Shown here: piece after piece, positions 49,018-58,619 of the stretch
Numbering within the stretch: the first letter of the stretch is position 1
Layout: each line of letters begins with the position of its first letter
Assembly: GCA_965243135.1 (NCBI GenBank)
Contig: OZ251539.1
Span: forward strand, 96,001 to 160,000
Reading direction: 5' to 3'
DNA from: Alphaproteobacteria bacterium
GTDB lineage: Bacteria; Pseudomonadota; Alphaproteobacteria; MPNO01; UBA830
DNA: 64,000 bases
Program-made: the position numbers and the translations under genes
Notes under the pieces: generated by a model
The model's input: the letters and a program-made list of their open reading frames with translations, nothing else
Told to the model about the DNA's origin: nothing
Database searches by the model: none

Positions 49018-49457
49018 GCGAGGCCATCGCGACCTTGTACCAACAGGTCGACAACTCTCTTGAGGTCTTACTCGACCAAGTCGGAGGGGATGAGGAGCGA
49101 CGACACATCGAATATCAACAGAAACTCAACGGGCAAGCCTACTTTATTCCGGCTTGGGGACAGCTAGAAGCGGAGATAGATGAGGCCTGCCGGAATGTTA
49201 TCCGCTTGGGGCGATCGCAGGAGGAATGGCAGCATCGCCGAGCGTGGAGCTTGTACGATCCAAAAAACCTCAGGCTGAGTTTCAGGGATCGCCTGACACT
49301 CGTTCTGGACAAGTCCAAAGACGAGTGGAAAAAAACCATGGAGCTTTACGAAGTCCGAAACCAGATCGCGCACGGGGATCTGCGTTCCGAAGGCATAGAG
49401 GTCTCGATCATGCTCAAGGAGTTTGATCGTATACTGTCATCTTTGGCGCGAAATTGA
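49014..49457 (+). CDS. Putative HEPN-domain protein
   Basis: Helical, WGQLE plus RNQIAHG (R-x4-H); GTG start coupled to the upstream stop. Confidence 0.65.
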   Translation: MSEAIATLYQQVDNSLEVLLDQVGGDEERRHIEYQQKLNGQAYFIPAWGQLEAEIDEACRNVIRLGRSQEEWQHRRAWSLYDPKNLRLSFRDRLTLVLDKSKDEWKKTMELYEVRNQIAHGDLRSEGIEVSIMLKEFDRILSSLARN

Positions 49458-49999
49458 GCGACCACAATCTGTCTGACGAAGCATGACAATGGCTCAGTTC
49501 TAGGAAGAAATGTGGCGGACGCCGTTCTCGCTCGTTGCGTTGATGATGTTTTACCGAATCGATGACGAGCCGCGCGCGCTGTCCGCAACGCCTTGAAATG
49601 CGAACAGCTTTCAGGAGTACCGAATTTTTTCCTCGGGTACGGAAAACTGCGAATTCTCCGCGCCGGGACCGCGATTTTCGCAGATTCCACCCACGGCCGG
49701 CCGGCCGCCGCCTACCCGATTGGCCGCCTGCGTTCAGACCACGGCCCGGCTTGCACCGGGTTTGCGGCGCGGCAACACTCGCCTTTTGTTCTGAAGACTG
49801 AGCACCCGCGAGGCCCTTACGGGCCGCCGGCGGGCGGGCGGAGCGGTTCGCGGGGCGTCGGCCGGTCGGCAGGCCGACAAAAAATGGCACAGCGCAAACG
49901 GCTCTGTGAGGGGGAGCCAGCTCTCATGGATGCTCGCCGCTTGGACGATCCCGGATCGTCGCCGACGGAAAGCCGGGCGCCCACGACCTTCGGCGCCCC

Positions 50000-50160
50000 G
50001 CGCGCAGGACTCGACGACACGCATCCACGATCTCCGTCACAGCTTCGCCTCGTGCGCCCTGGCGCTCGGCGAATGCCTGCCCATGGTCGGGAAGCCAGTC
50101 GGCCGCGCGCTAGGTCCGGGCCACCGCCCGCGATTCCGTCAAGGTCTCCGCCGCACGCAG
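50000..50160 (+). pseudogene. Tyrosine integrase C-terminal remnant
   Basis: RIHDLRHSFASCALALGECLPMVGK. Confidence 0.8.
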
Positions 50161-50286
50161 CGGAATAGCGGTAAGACGTTCAACGCATGGAATAGGACGG
50201 CCGACTTTTCGGGAGAACGCTCAGCGCTTGGTACCGACGACCGGGGGGCGTTCTCCGTCTCGCGAGGCGGGAAGCCGTGGAACCCC

Positions 50287-50754
50287 CTATCCTTGCATCA
50301 TCGCCAATACGTCTTCCGGTCTCCGGTCCAGCGGCGCGAAAGGGTCGATGCTCTGGACCTGGCCGAAAATCCGGCCATGCTGCAAATCCTCGGTGAGCAG
50401 CGCCGAGCGCGCGCAAGACTGCGCCGCCGCGACTATGAGCGCATCCCACCACGAGAGAGAATGTCGTTGCTGCAACAGCCAACCTCGTTCCAGGATCGCG
50501 AGGTCGACGACTACCGGCCGCCATACCGCAAGGTCGCGCACGATCCCCTGCACCTTCTCGGCGTCGAACGCCAGCTTCAGCTTGCGCGTGAGCGTGGCAT
50601 ACATCTCCTGCAGAACCTGAAAACTGATGCGCACGGCGCGAAGGCGCGCAAGGTGCTTGAGGTGCGCGATCCAGTCGCGGGACTGCTTGGCGGGATCCGA
50701 GCCGTCTTGCCGGTAGACGGGGACGTTGGTGTCAACGAAGACCGGAGCGGTCAT
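50287..50754 (-). CDS. PIN-domain (VapC-like) toxin
   Basis: VFVDTNV, SFQVLQE, SWWDALIVAAA, LLTEDLQHG. Confidence 0.9.
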   Translation of the reverse strand: MTAPVFVDTNVPVYRQDGSDPAKQSRDWIAHLKHLARLRAVRISFQVLQEMYATLTRKLKLAFDAEKVQGIVRDLAVWRPVVVDLAILERGWLLQQRHSLSWWDALIVAAAQSCARSALLTEDLQHGRIFGQVQSIDPFAPLDRRPEDVLAMMQG

Positions 50755-50967
50755 GCAATTCGTCGCGCGTCGGCTTGCGGCCGTCGACCCAGCTCAGCCG
50801 ACGCGGTTTTCTGGCCAGATAGCGCTCCATGGCGAGGTCGTACTCGTCCTCCCCGCGCCGCATTCCTTCCAGCAGCTCGGCGAGCCTACGCTGTGCCCGT
50901 TCTCGGCGGCCCGGACCCTCAGCCACGCCGCGACATCCTCGGGCAATGTAACGGTGACATTCTTCAT
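50732..50967 (-). pseudogene. CopG/RHH antitoxin, frameshifted
   Basis: MKNVTVTLPEDVAAWLRVRAAENGHSV, shifting into LAELLEGMRRGEDEYDLAM...TRDELHDR. Confidence 0.75.
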
Positions 50968-51149
50968 GGCGCGAAGCTAGTGAAACACGAAATTCGCGTC
51001 AACGGACTTCGCGGATCGCGTCGGCGCACGTCAGCGCAGTTTTAGCATCCGTATCTCATACAGTACCGGGCTATCGGCGTTGCCCACAACACCACTCTCC
51101 TTCCTTTGTTTCCGCAATCTTGCCCAGAGTCCGCCTCGCCCGACACAAT

Positions 51150-51330
51150 CTCTGCCGACTGGATCCGCCCGAGTGGGCGAAGTGGACGGACGGACCAGAT
51201 CCCGGCTATCCGAATCATCCGGCTGCCCGCGACCCAGCAGCGGCGCAAGTACTTAAGGATCGCACGCTGACGAAGCTCTACGACGTGCGTCCGAAGTGGC
51301 TGGGAGATGCCTATGCCGCACTGTCACGAA
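51150..51330 (+). pseudogene. C-terminal remnant of an MmeI-like (type IIL) RM methyltransferase
   Basis: LDPPEW...PGYP...AAAQVLKDRTLTKLYDVRPKWLGDAYAAL. Confidence 0.6.
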
Positions 51331-51371
51331 GAGCTTGCAGCGAATCGCCAATTGGGGAGAATGGATCGGGA

Positions 51372-52511
51372 ATGAAGACCTTTTACGAATTTTTCGCTGG
51401 GGGAGGCATGGTCCGCGCTGGCCTCGGGCCGGAGTGGTCATGCTTGTTCGCCAACGACATAGACCCGAAAAAGGCAGCGAGTTACGTCGCGAATTGGGGC
51501 GAAAAATCGTTGCGGGTAGAGGACGTTGCGGCGCTAGGTCCGGCGGATCTGCCCGGCATCGCCGATCTGGCGTGGGCGTCTTTTCCTTGCCAGGATCTTT
51601 CCTTGGCGGGCAGCGGCGCCGGTCTCGGCGGTCAGCGGTCGGGAACCTTCTGGCCGTTCTGGCGGCTGATGGAGGCGCTCGCGAAGGAAGGCAGGGCGCC
51701 TGCGGCGATCATATTGGAAAACGTGTGCGGCGCCCTGACCTCGCATGATGGAGCCGATTTCGCGGCGCTGGCCGAAGCGATCGCCAGCGGCGGTTACCGG
51801 CTCGGCGCCTTGGTGATCGACGCCGTGCGCTTTCTGCCGCAGTCCCGGCCGCGACTGTTCGTAGTAGCGCTTCGAGCCGACTTTCCGATCGCATCCGGCC
51901 TCACGCTCCCGGAACCGGACGAGGCGTGGCGTAGGCCCGCGTTGCTCAGGGCGCATGATCGACTTCCTGCGACGGTGCGGGACCGCTGGCTTTGGTGGCG
52001 TTTGCCGATCCCGGCGGCGCGCAACACGGAGTTGGCGAATCTGATCGAGGAGAAACCGAAGGGCGTCGGGTGGAATGCGGCCGCAGAGACCGAACGGCTG
52101 CTCGGCATGATGAGTCGGGTCAATCTCGCGAAGGTCGAGAGGGCGCGAGAGGCCGAAGGCCTTGCGATCGGCACGATCTACAAGCGCACTCGCAAGAACG
52201 CGGACGGCGGACGGTCGCAGCGAGCCGAGGTCCGGTTCGACGGCGTCGCCGGATGCCTGCGTACGCCGATGGGAGGCTCCAGCCGACAAACGATTCTCGT
52301 CGTAGAGGGGAACAAGGTCAGGTCACGTTTGTTGTCGCCGCGAGAAGCGGCGCGGCTGATGGGGATTCCAGACGACTACGAACTGCCGAACAACTACAAC
52401 GAAGCCTATCATCTGGCAGGCGACGGCGTGGCGGTACCGGTGGTTCGACACATCGCCGAGAACATACTGGAGCCGCTTCTTGAGGCTCCGTTCGAAGCCG
52501 AGGCCGCTTGA
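51372..52511 (+). CDS. dcm: DNA (cytosine-5) methyltransferase
   Basis: FFAGGG, FPCQ, ENV, PQSRPRLF, LSPREAARLMG, GDGVAVPV. Confidence 0.95.
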   Translation: MKTFYEFFAGGGMVRAGLGPEWSCLFANDIDPKKAASYVANWGEKSLRVEDVAALGPADLPGIADLAWASFPCQDLSLAGSGAGLGGQRSGTFWPFWRLMEALAKEGRAPAAIILENVCGALTSHDGADFAALAEAIASGGYRLGALVIDAVRFLPQSRPRLFVVALRADFPIASGLTLPEPDEAWRRPALLRAHDRLPATVRDRWLWWRLPIPAARNTELANLIEEKPKGVGWNAAAETERLLGMMSRVNLAKVERAREAEGLAIGTIYKRTRKNADGGRSQRAEVRFDGVAGCLRTPMGGSSRQTILVVEGNKVRSRLLSPREAARLMGIPDDYELPNNYNEAYHLAGDGVAVPVVRHIAENILEPLLEAPFEAEAA

Positions 52512-52515
52512 ATTC

Positions 52516-53475
52516 ATGCCGACGCATCTCGAAGAATCGCTCGACGAATTTGCGGTGGGTTACGAGTTCAAGGGCAAGGGGCCAGGGCCGCTATGCGTCG
52601 CGCTCGTGGTGACGGAGCATGCGCGGCAACGGGGACTGCCCCTCGATCCCGACGAGTTGGTGACGAGAGGCGGAGGGCAGGTTCTCGGCTTGAGCAAGTC
52701 CGCGGTCCGGTCGATCCTGAAACGTTACGATATCGACAAGGTGCTCGCCCGAGAGGGAGGACGCACGAGTCGGGGCAGCCTCAACAACATGCGGGCCTAT
52801 GTCGAATTTCTGAACGGCCTCCACGGCCAGGGCGAGGAAACTCCGTTGCATGAAGCGCCAGCTATCGACATGATCGAGAAATACTGGATCGACCGCGTGA
52901 AGGACTTCTTTTCGGGCAAGCCGTTCAGGGTTCGGCTGGATCCGGCTCACGGCCTGCGGCGTCTCGTGCGCGATCTTCTGGATCAGGCGAGAAACCGGCA
53001 GAAGGCTTCGGCCGGCACCAACTATACGGGCGCAATCATGCAGCACCTTGTGGGCGCGAAGCTCGATTGCGTATTGGAACCCGGAACGGTCGAACATCGC
53101 AGTTTCTCTACGGCCGATGCGTCTGCCGGCCGAGCGGGCGATTTCCTGCTCGGAGACGTGGCAGTGCACGTGACGACAGCCCCCGGAGAATCGGTGATCG
53201 GACGGTGCCGGGAGAATCTGGACGGAGGCCGCAAGCCTGTTTTGATCACGGCGGCGGACCGGATCGCGGTGGCCGAGGGCTTGGCCGCCGACAGGGAGTT
53301 GGGCGACAGGATCGACATTTTCGAGATCGAGCAGTTCATCGCGCTCAACCTTTACGAGCTTGGCGGGTTCGGCGCGGAGGGGCGGCGGGAATCCGTCTAC
53401 GATCTGGTGCGTTGCTACAACCGCATCGTCGAGAACGTTGAAACCGATCCGAGCTTGAAGATCGAAATGATATGA
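52516..53475 (+). CDS. DUF4928-like protein (possible restriction endonuclease partner)
   Basis: GPLCVALVVT, EGGRTSRG, QHLVGAKL, GDFLLGDVAVHVT, ETDPSLKI; 4 bp after the MTase. Confidence 0.7.
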   Translation: MPTHLEESLDEFAVGYEFKGKGPGPLCVALVVTEHARQRGLPLDPDELVTRGGGQVLGLSKSAVRSILKRYDIDKVLAREGGRTSRGSLNNMRAYVEFLNGLHGQGEETPLHEAPAIDMIEKYWIDRVKDFFSGKPFRVRLDPAHGLRRLVRDLLDQARNRQKASAGTNYTGAIMQHLVGAKLDCVLEPGTVEHRSFSTADASAGRAGDFLLGDVAVHVTTAPGESVIGRCRENLDGGRKPVLITAADRIAVAEGLAADRELGDRIDIFEIEQFIALNLYELGGFGAEGRRESVYDLVRCYNRIVENVETDPSLKIEMI

Positions 53476-53849
53476 AGGAAGATGCGCGCAGCCGGACGAT
53501 GCGCGCCGTCAAGAGCTGGAATACGGGACCGGAACTGATCGTTCGGCGCGTGACCCACGGCATGGGGTACTGGCTTCATCGGAAGGACCTCCCCGGACAG
53601 CCCGATTTGGCGTTTTTCGCCCGCCACAAGGTGGTTTTCATGCAGGGTTGCTTCTGGCATCGGCACGAATGTCCGCGCAGAGCGCGGGCTTAGACATTCA
53701 CAGGACCACTGGCCTCCCAAATTCAGGAGCAACCGAGAGCGCGACGAGGAATGCCGATGGCGACTGGCCGAAATGGGCCGTGGTGGGAGTGCGAGACGAA
53801 GGATCGCGGCGTTCTCCAAGCGCGAATCGCTGCCTTCCTGGAGGAATAA
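53472..53849 (+). pseudogene. vsr: Very short patch repair endonuclease, disrupted
   Basis: RSRTMRAVKSWNTGPE, LPGQPDL, GCFWHRH, stop, then NRERD and WECE...AFLEE in other frames. Confidence 0.85.
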
Positions 53850-53914
53850 CCGATCGGCGAGCTTTCCACGGATCCGGTCGTTTGGCGGCAGTCCGACGGT
53901 CCGTTTGCAGCGCG

Positions 53915-54262
53915 GCTCTATCCTGCGCCGCAGCGCGTTGGCGACTTCGGATGTCGTCAGACGCGGCGCATGCTGATCGTCGTCATCCATCAACAAGCGA
54001 TCCGCTGCGTCCGAGCCGTCCCTCCGCGCCAATTGACCGCCACGCTGGCGTCGACCACCAGAGGCATCAGTCGACTCGGTGCCTGCCGTCACGATCCTCG
54101 CGGATTTCCGAGAGCGTTTGCGCATGCCCTTCGGTCTTCCGCCGCAGCCTCGCGGTCAGAGCCCGGAAGGATGTGCGCTTCGCTGCCATGTCGTCCGCGA
54201 CCGCGCCGTGAAGAATGCGGTGCGCCTCGCCTTCCAGGGAGCGGTTGTTTCCGGCGGCCCGC
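53915..54262 (-). pseudogene. Decayed FitA/FitB-like (RHH + PIN) toxin-antitoxin pair
   Basis: RAAGNNRSLEGEAHRIL...EIREDRD..TGA(54067-69) overlapping ATG 54067 MPLVVDASVAVNW; later HAPRL..SEVANAL. Confidence 0.7.
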
Positions 54263-54563
54263 CGCCCGGCCGCAGCCCACGTCGAAGTCCACGCCCGCCG
54301 GCACGCCGTACCGACGGTAGTCGAAGGCCACCTTCCGCTCGCCGCCCGCGCTGTCGACCCACGCCCACGAGCTGTTCCGCCTCCTGACTTGGGATGCGAT
54401 GCCGCCCGAGCACTCCGAAACGATCACTCATCCACCATGCATATTGCGCTTCCGAATTGATTGGGGAATTATAGTGAAGTACTGACGTGTTTATGGGCGG
54501 CAGGCTCTTCATGATTGTCGCCTACGCTTATTCTTGACGGTTGGGAGCGAGTAAGTTGTCGCG

Positions 54564-57500
54564 ATGAAAGTGACCCATATTCCGTGCAGGCCTGCTGTCA
54601 ACGAGAGTGAGCGCAGGGCCCTCGAACAGCTTAGGGGAGGTCTGATTGCCGAGCCGGGCGACGACGAGTGGCTCTTACTGACGAACCTCGCCTTCTCGGC
54701 TACGCATCGCCGTCAATCCCAAGAGATCGACATCGTCGCCATTGGACCCCCGGGGGTGCAGGTTGTCGAGGTCAAGCACTGGACAGCAGCTTGGGTCAAG
54801 CGAAACTTCGAAGACGTCGAACATGAAGCTGATTGCGTGACCGACAAGGCGCGCAAGATCGGTACGACGTTACGCAGACAGATCAAGAGTCTGCCACGGG
54901 TGGACGGCGTGTTTTTGGTGACCGAGGCGGCTGCCAGGGTTGAAAGGATCGAAGATCGTGGGCCCGTTCGCGGCATTCCGTTTCATACCCTAACGACTTG
55001 GCGCGACGCAGTCGGATTCCATGCGCAGAAAGTATTGTCGCCGGAGCAGATCAGGAGGCTGGGTACCGTTCTGGAACCTAGAAGCGCCCTCGCTTTGGAC
55101 GGCACGCTCAAGCAAATCGCCCATTATGTGAGATTGACGCTCCGAACGTCTCCAGAACGGCGATTTCATCGCGTTTATGACGCGACCCATGTTTCAAGGC
55201 AGGATCGAGTGAAGTTGCACCTGTACGACCTCTCTGCGTGTGACCACGCCAAGGCGGAGGAGAAGGCGGAGCGCGAATGGAAGGCGCTGCAACGATTGCA
55301 ACAATACAGCTGGGCACCGCGTATCGTAGACTCGTTCTATGACGTGCCCGGGTACCCGGGCGAAATCAAATTCTTCACTCTCGCCGATCCCGGCGCGCCC
55401 AGCGTCAAGGAACGCGCTGTCGACGCCTTATGGGATATCGATGCCCGACTAGACTTCACCCGAAACGCGGTGCGGGCGTTGCGAGAGCTTCATGAAGCGA
55501 ATAGCGACGGCAACCCCCTAGTTCACCGGAATCTGACGTCGGGGACGATTCTAGTCAAACATGACAACACTCCGATTCTGACCGGTTTCGAGCACACCCG
55601 GATCCCGACGGATATCTCCATTGCGTTCCCTGCCGCCACGGAAGAATGGGAGATCGAGGTCGCTCCAGAGATTCGCGCCCAAGGTCGAGGCGCGGCGGAC
55701 CATAGGTCCGACATCTATTCGCTATGCGCCTCGCTTGCCGTATTGTTCAATGACAGCGAAGACGAGGCTGGCGCTTCTGCTGCGGGAGTTCTGGCACATG
55801 GGATGGACGAAGCTCCTGAGCGGAGGAGCAGCCTTTCGGATCTGGAAAGATGCCTGTCGGATCTGCTGGGTGAGCCGAGACCGGAACCGGTACCCCCGTC
55901 GGCAAGATTCTGGACGGAAGATCAGATCGTGTTCTTCCGAGACGACAGCTATCGAATCGTGTCGAGCCTCGGCTCGGGCGGCGTCGGGAGGACCTTCAAG
56001 GTCGTGAAGCTTGATCGAAAGACCCGGGGCGATCTAGGTGCCTACGTTGCCAAGGTGGTGCGAGACGAGGCAAACGGGCGACGAGTTCTGCGCGCCTATG
56101 AATTAGTGCGTGCGCATCTCCGCCATTCGGCTTTGTCGACGATCTTCGAGGTTGCCCCCGAGTGGACGGAAAACAGTTTTGTCGCTCTGATGACGTGGAT
56201 AGAGGGCGAACCGCTTGGCGAGTACGGTGGCGTGCTGTCGCTGCTTGCCGACGAACTGCATCAAGAATCTGAAGAGACCTTGGCCTCGAGGTGGCTGCGG
56301 ACTACTTGCGAGGCGCTGCGAGTGCTGCATGACAAGGGACTGATCCACGGAGACATTAGCCCAAGCAACATGATTGTGTGCGGGACCGATCTAGTATTAA
56401 CTGACTATGACTGCGTGACACGAATCGGCGAACTGGCGGATTCCCCAGGTACCGTGCCCTACTGCTCGCCCTCATATACCCAAGGCCGCGATGCCACGCC
56501 ATCCGACGACTTGTACGCGCTGGCTGCGAGTTTTTTTCAAGTGTTGTTCGATAGAGAACCGTTTCTTTACGACGGCAACCGGGCCAAGGAACGCGGACTG
56601 AACTGGAACGGTCTGAACCGTAATGGCTATCCGTTGTTGTCCGAATTCATGGATTGGGCCACCGACCCGGACCCGGAGAAGCGCTTGTTGAGCGTAGCGG
56701 ACGCGCTGGAAGTTCTGAGTCCGTCCCGGCGCACCGAAAACGGAGTCAAAGATGTCAAACCCGAAGTATACGGTGACGTCACTGCCATAGTCGAAACACC
56801 TCTCCCGGACACCGCGGGGAGCGAACAAACCAAGCGACAGGAAGAAGTGATTTGGCTGAAGTCGTTGTTGCAGTCCTATCCTGGATCGCGATGGGGCAAT
56901 AGCGAGACGCGCGGTCTGGATACAGATTTCGCTGCTGAGACCTACGTCAAAACCGATCTGGAAAACTCGCTCCACGACGATATCTTGGAACGGCGCGTCA
57001 GCCTCGTCATCCTTTGCGGCAATGCTGGCGACGGTAAGACCGCCCTGCTTCAGCATCTCGCGAAAGAGTTTGAACTGGATGTCCAAACATCGGCAACGCG
57101 CATTCTGGAAGGGCGGTTGGACGGCGATTTGTCGGTACGCATGAATCTCGACGGTTCGGCCTCATGGCGGGATCGTTCCGCCGACGATTTGCTTGACGAG
57201 TTTCTCGAACCGTTTTTGAACGGCCGACCGGACGAGAAGATCGCTCATCTGCTGGCGATCAACGATGGCCGTCTTTTGGAATGGATCGAAAACGTCGAGG
57301 AGCGTAGCGGCGAAACGCAATTGACGAAGGAGCTGTTCGGATTTCTGGAAGACGGAGAATCCCCTTCCGAGTCCCATATCCGCTTCGTCAATCTGAACCG
57401 GCGCTCGCTTGTTGGCGGTATTGCCGCCGACGGAGAATCCATCGAAGCCGATTTTCTCGATAGCCTGGTGGATTCGCTGTACGGCGGTGATCGCGCTGCG

Positions 57501-58619
57501 GGGATTTGGGCTCCCTGCCAGACCTGTTCCTCACAGGAAAGCTGCGAGGTATTTCGCGCAACCCGAGTTTTCGGCCCTAGCGAGCTTGCGGACGAGGGAG
57601 TTCGCAGTCGCGCGCGGTCGCGTCTCTTCGAGTTATTGCAGGCCGTTCATCTGCGAGGCGAAACGCACATTACGGTCCGCGAACTGCGCGCCACGCTGGT
57701 CTATATTCTGTTCGGCCTCCACTACTGCACCGACTACCACGCTGTTGCAGAGGGTTCTGGATCGTCCATCCAACCCTACTGGGACCGCGCTTTTTCGCCT
57801 GATTCGCCGGGACGACAGGGGGAGGTGCTACGGGAATTGCCGCGTTTTGATCCAGCTCTTGAGGCGCATCCGCAAATTGATCGTTGCCTGCTTCATCCGC
57901 CTTCTGGCGCAGAGATCGCCGATTTTCCCTGTCCAGGAGAATTGAATCTTGAGTCCGCGCGGCGCTATGCTTATTTCAGGTGGACACCCGAATCGCTCAA
58001 GCTTTTGGCTCATGACTCCGATGCGCTCGGCTTGGCCGGAGGGCGTCATCTGCGCCTATTCCGGGACCTTGCCGTCATCGACGATGAAACGAGGACCGGG
58101 CTGGTCAGCGATCTCTGCGGCGGCGTCTCGCGCCTCGAAGCGCTTCCGCCGTTGGCGCTGGACCGATCCGGTGTAGTACCATTGCGCATCAGCCCAAGAA
58201 CCCCAACGGAAACGGCGTTCTGGGTCGAGAAACCCCTCAGCGATTTCCGCCTCGAAGCGGATGTCTCGGATGGCGGCGAAGGGCTGGATCGGCTTCATCG
58301 GCATGCGTTCTTGATCTATCGCTATCACAATGGACGCGAGGAGCGACTACGTATTGGCGCCGATTTGTTCCACCTCCTTTTGGAACTCAACGAAGGCTAT
58401 CAATTGGGCGATGTCGCAAGCGACGATACGTTCGCGCACCTCTCAATCTTCGTGCAAAGACTGGTCTACGAAGATCATCGTAAAATGCTCGCCTGGAGCC
58501 CGATGCGCGAAGGGAAAATTTTCGAGATCGCGGCGAAATTTGATGAGGCGAAGTCCGATCCTCGGCAACGTTTATCGATAGTATCAATCGAACAATCGAG
58601 AGAATCCGATGGCGAATAA
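54564..58619 (+). CDS. NERD nuclease + two protein-kinase domains + P-loop ATPase (MAD6/DptF-like defence protein)
   Basis: EIDIV..VVEVKHW; VHRNL/TGFE; GSGGVG, VAK, IHGDISPSN, TDYD; CGNAGDGKT, AINDGRL, CQTC....C. Confidence 0.85.
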   Translation: MKVTHIPCRPAVNESERRALEQLRGGLIAEPGDDEWLLLTNLAFSATHRRQSQEIDIVAIGPPGVQVVEVKHWTAAWVKRNFEDVEHEADCVTDKARKIGTTLRRQIKSLPRVDGVFLVTEAAARVERIEDRGPVRGIPFHTLTTWRDAVGFHAQKVLSPEQIRRLGTVLEPRSALALDGTLKQIAHYVRLTLRTSPERRFHRVYDATHVSRQDRVKLHLYDLSACDHAKAEEKAEREWKALQRLQQYSWAPRIVDSFYDVPGYPGEIKFFTLADPGAPSVKERAVDALWDIDARLDFTRNAVRALRELHEANSDGNPLVHRNLTSGTILVKHDNTPILTGFEHTRIPTDISIAFPAATEEWEIEVAPEIRAQGRGAADHRSDIYSLCASLAVLFNDSEDEAGASAAGVLAHGMDEAPERRSSLSDLERCLSDLLGEPRPEPVPPSARFWTEDQIVFFRDDSYRIVSSLGSGGVGRTFKVVKLDRKTRGDLGAYVAKVVRDEANGRRVLRAYELVRAHLRHSALSTIFEVAPEWTENSFVALMTWIEGEPLGEYGGVLSLLADELHQESEETLASRWLRTTCEALRVLHDKGLIHGDISPSNMIVCGTDLVLTDYDCVTRIGELADSPGTVPYCSPSYTQGRDATPSDDLYALAASFFQVLFDREPFLYDGNRAKERGLNWNGLNRNGYPLLSEFMDWATDPDPEKRLLSVADALEVLSPSRRTENGVKDVKPEVYGDVTAIVETPLPDTAGSEQTKRQEEVIWLKSLLQSYPGSRWGNSETRGLDTDFAAETYVKTDLENSLHDDILERRVSLVILCGNAGDGKTALLQHLAKEFELDVQTSATRILEGRLDGDLSVRMNLDGSASWRDRSADDLLDEFLEPFLNGRPDEKIAHLLAINDGRLLEWIENVEERSGETQLTKELFGFLEDGESPSESHIRFVNLNRRSLVGGIAADGESIEADFLDSLVDSLYGGDRAAGIWAPCQTCSSQESCEVFRATRVFGPSELADEGVRSRARSRLFELLQAVHLRGETHITVRELRATLVYILFGLHYCTDYHAVAEGSGSSIQPYWDRAFSPDSPGRQGEVLRELPRFDPALEAHPQIDRCLLHPPSGAEIADFPCPGELNLESARRYAYFRWTPESLKLLAHDSDALGLAGGRHLRLFRDLAVIDDETRTGLVSDLCGGVSRLEALPPLALDRSGVVPLRISPRTPTETAFWVEKPLSDFRLEADVSDGGEGLDRLHRHAFLIYRYHNGREERLRIGADLFHLLLELNEGYQLGDVASDDTFAHLSIFVQRLVYEDHRKMLAWSPMREGKIFEIAAKFDEAKSDPRQRLSIVSIEQSRESDGE

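Noticed and set aside
51120-51371. N-terminal extension of the C5 MTase
   Set aside because: It is an in-frame remnant of an MmeI-like C-terminus; MTase motif I begins at ATG 51372
54564-58619. BREX type 2 PglW
   Set aside because: Shares NERD + kinases but has a C-terminal P-loop ATPase and no pglX/Y/Z-like neighbours in the window
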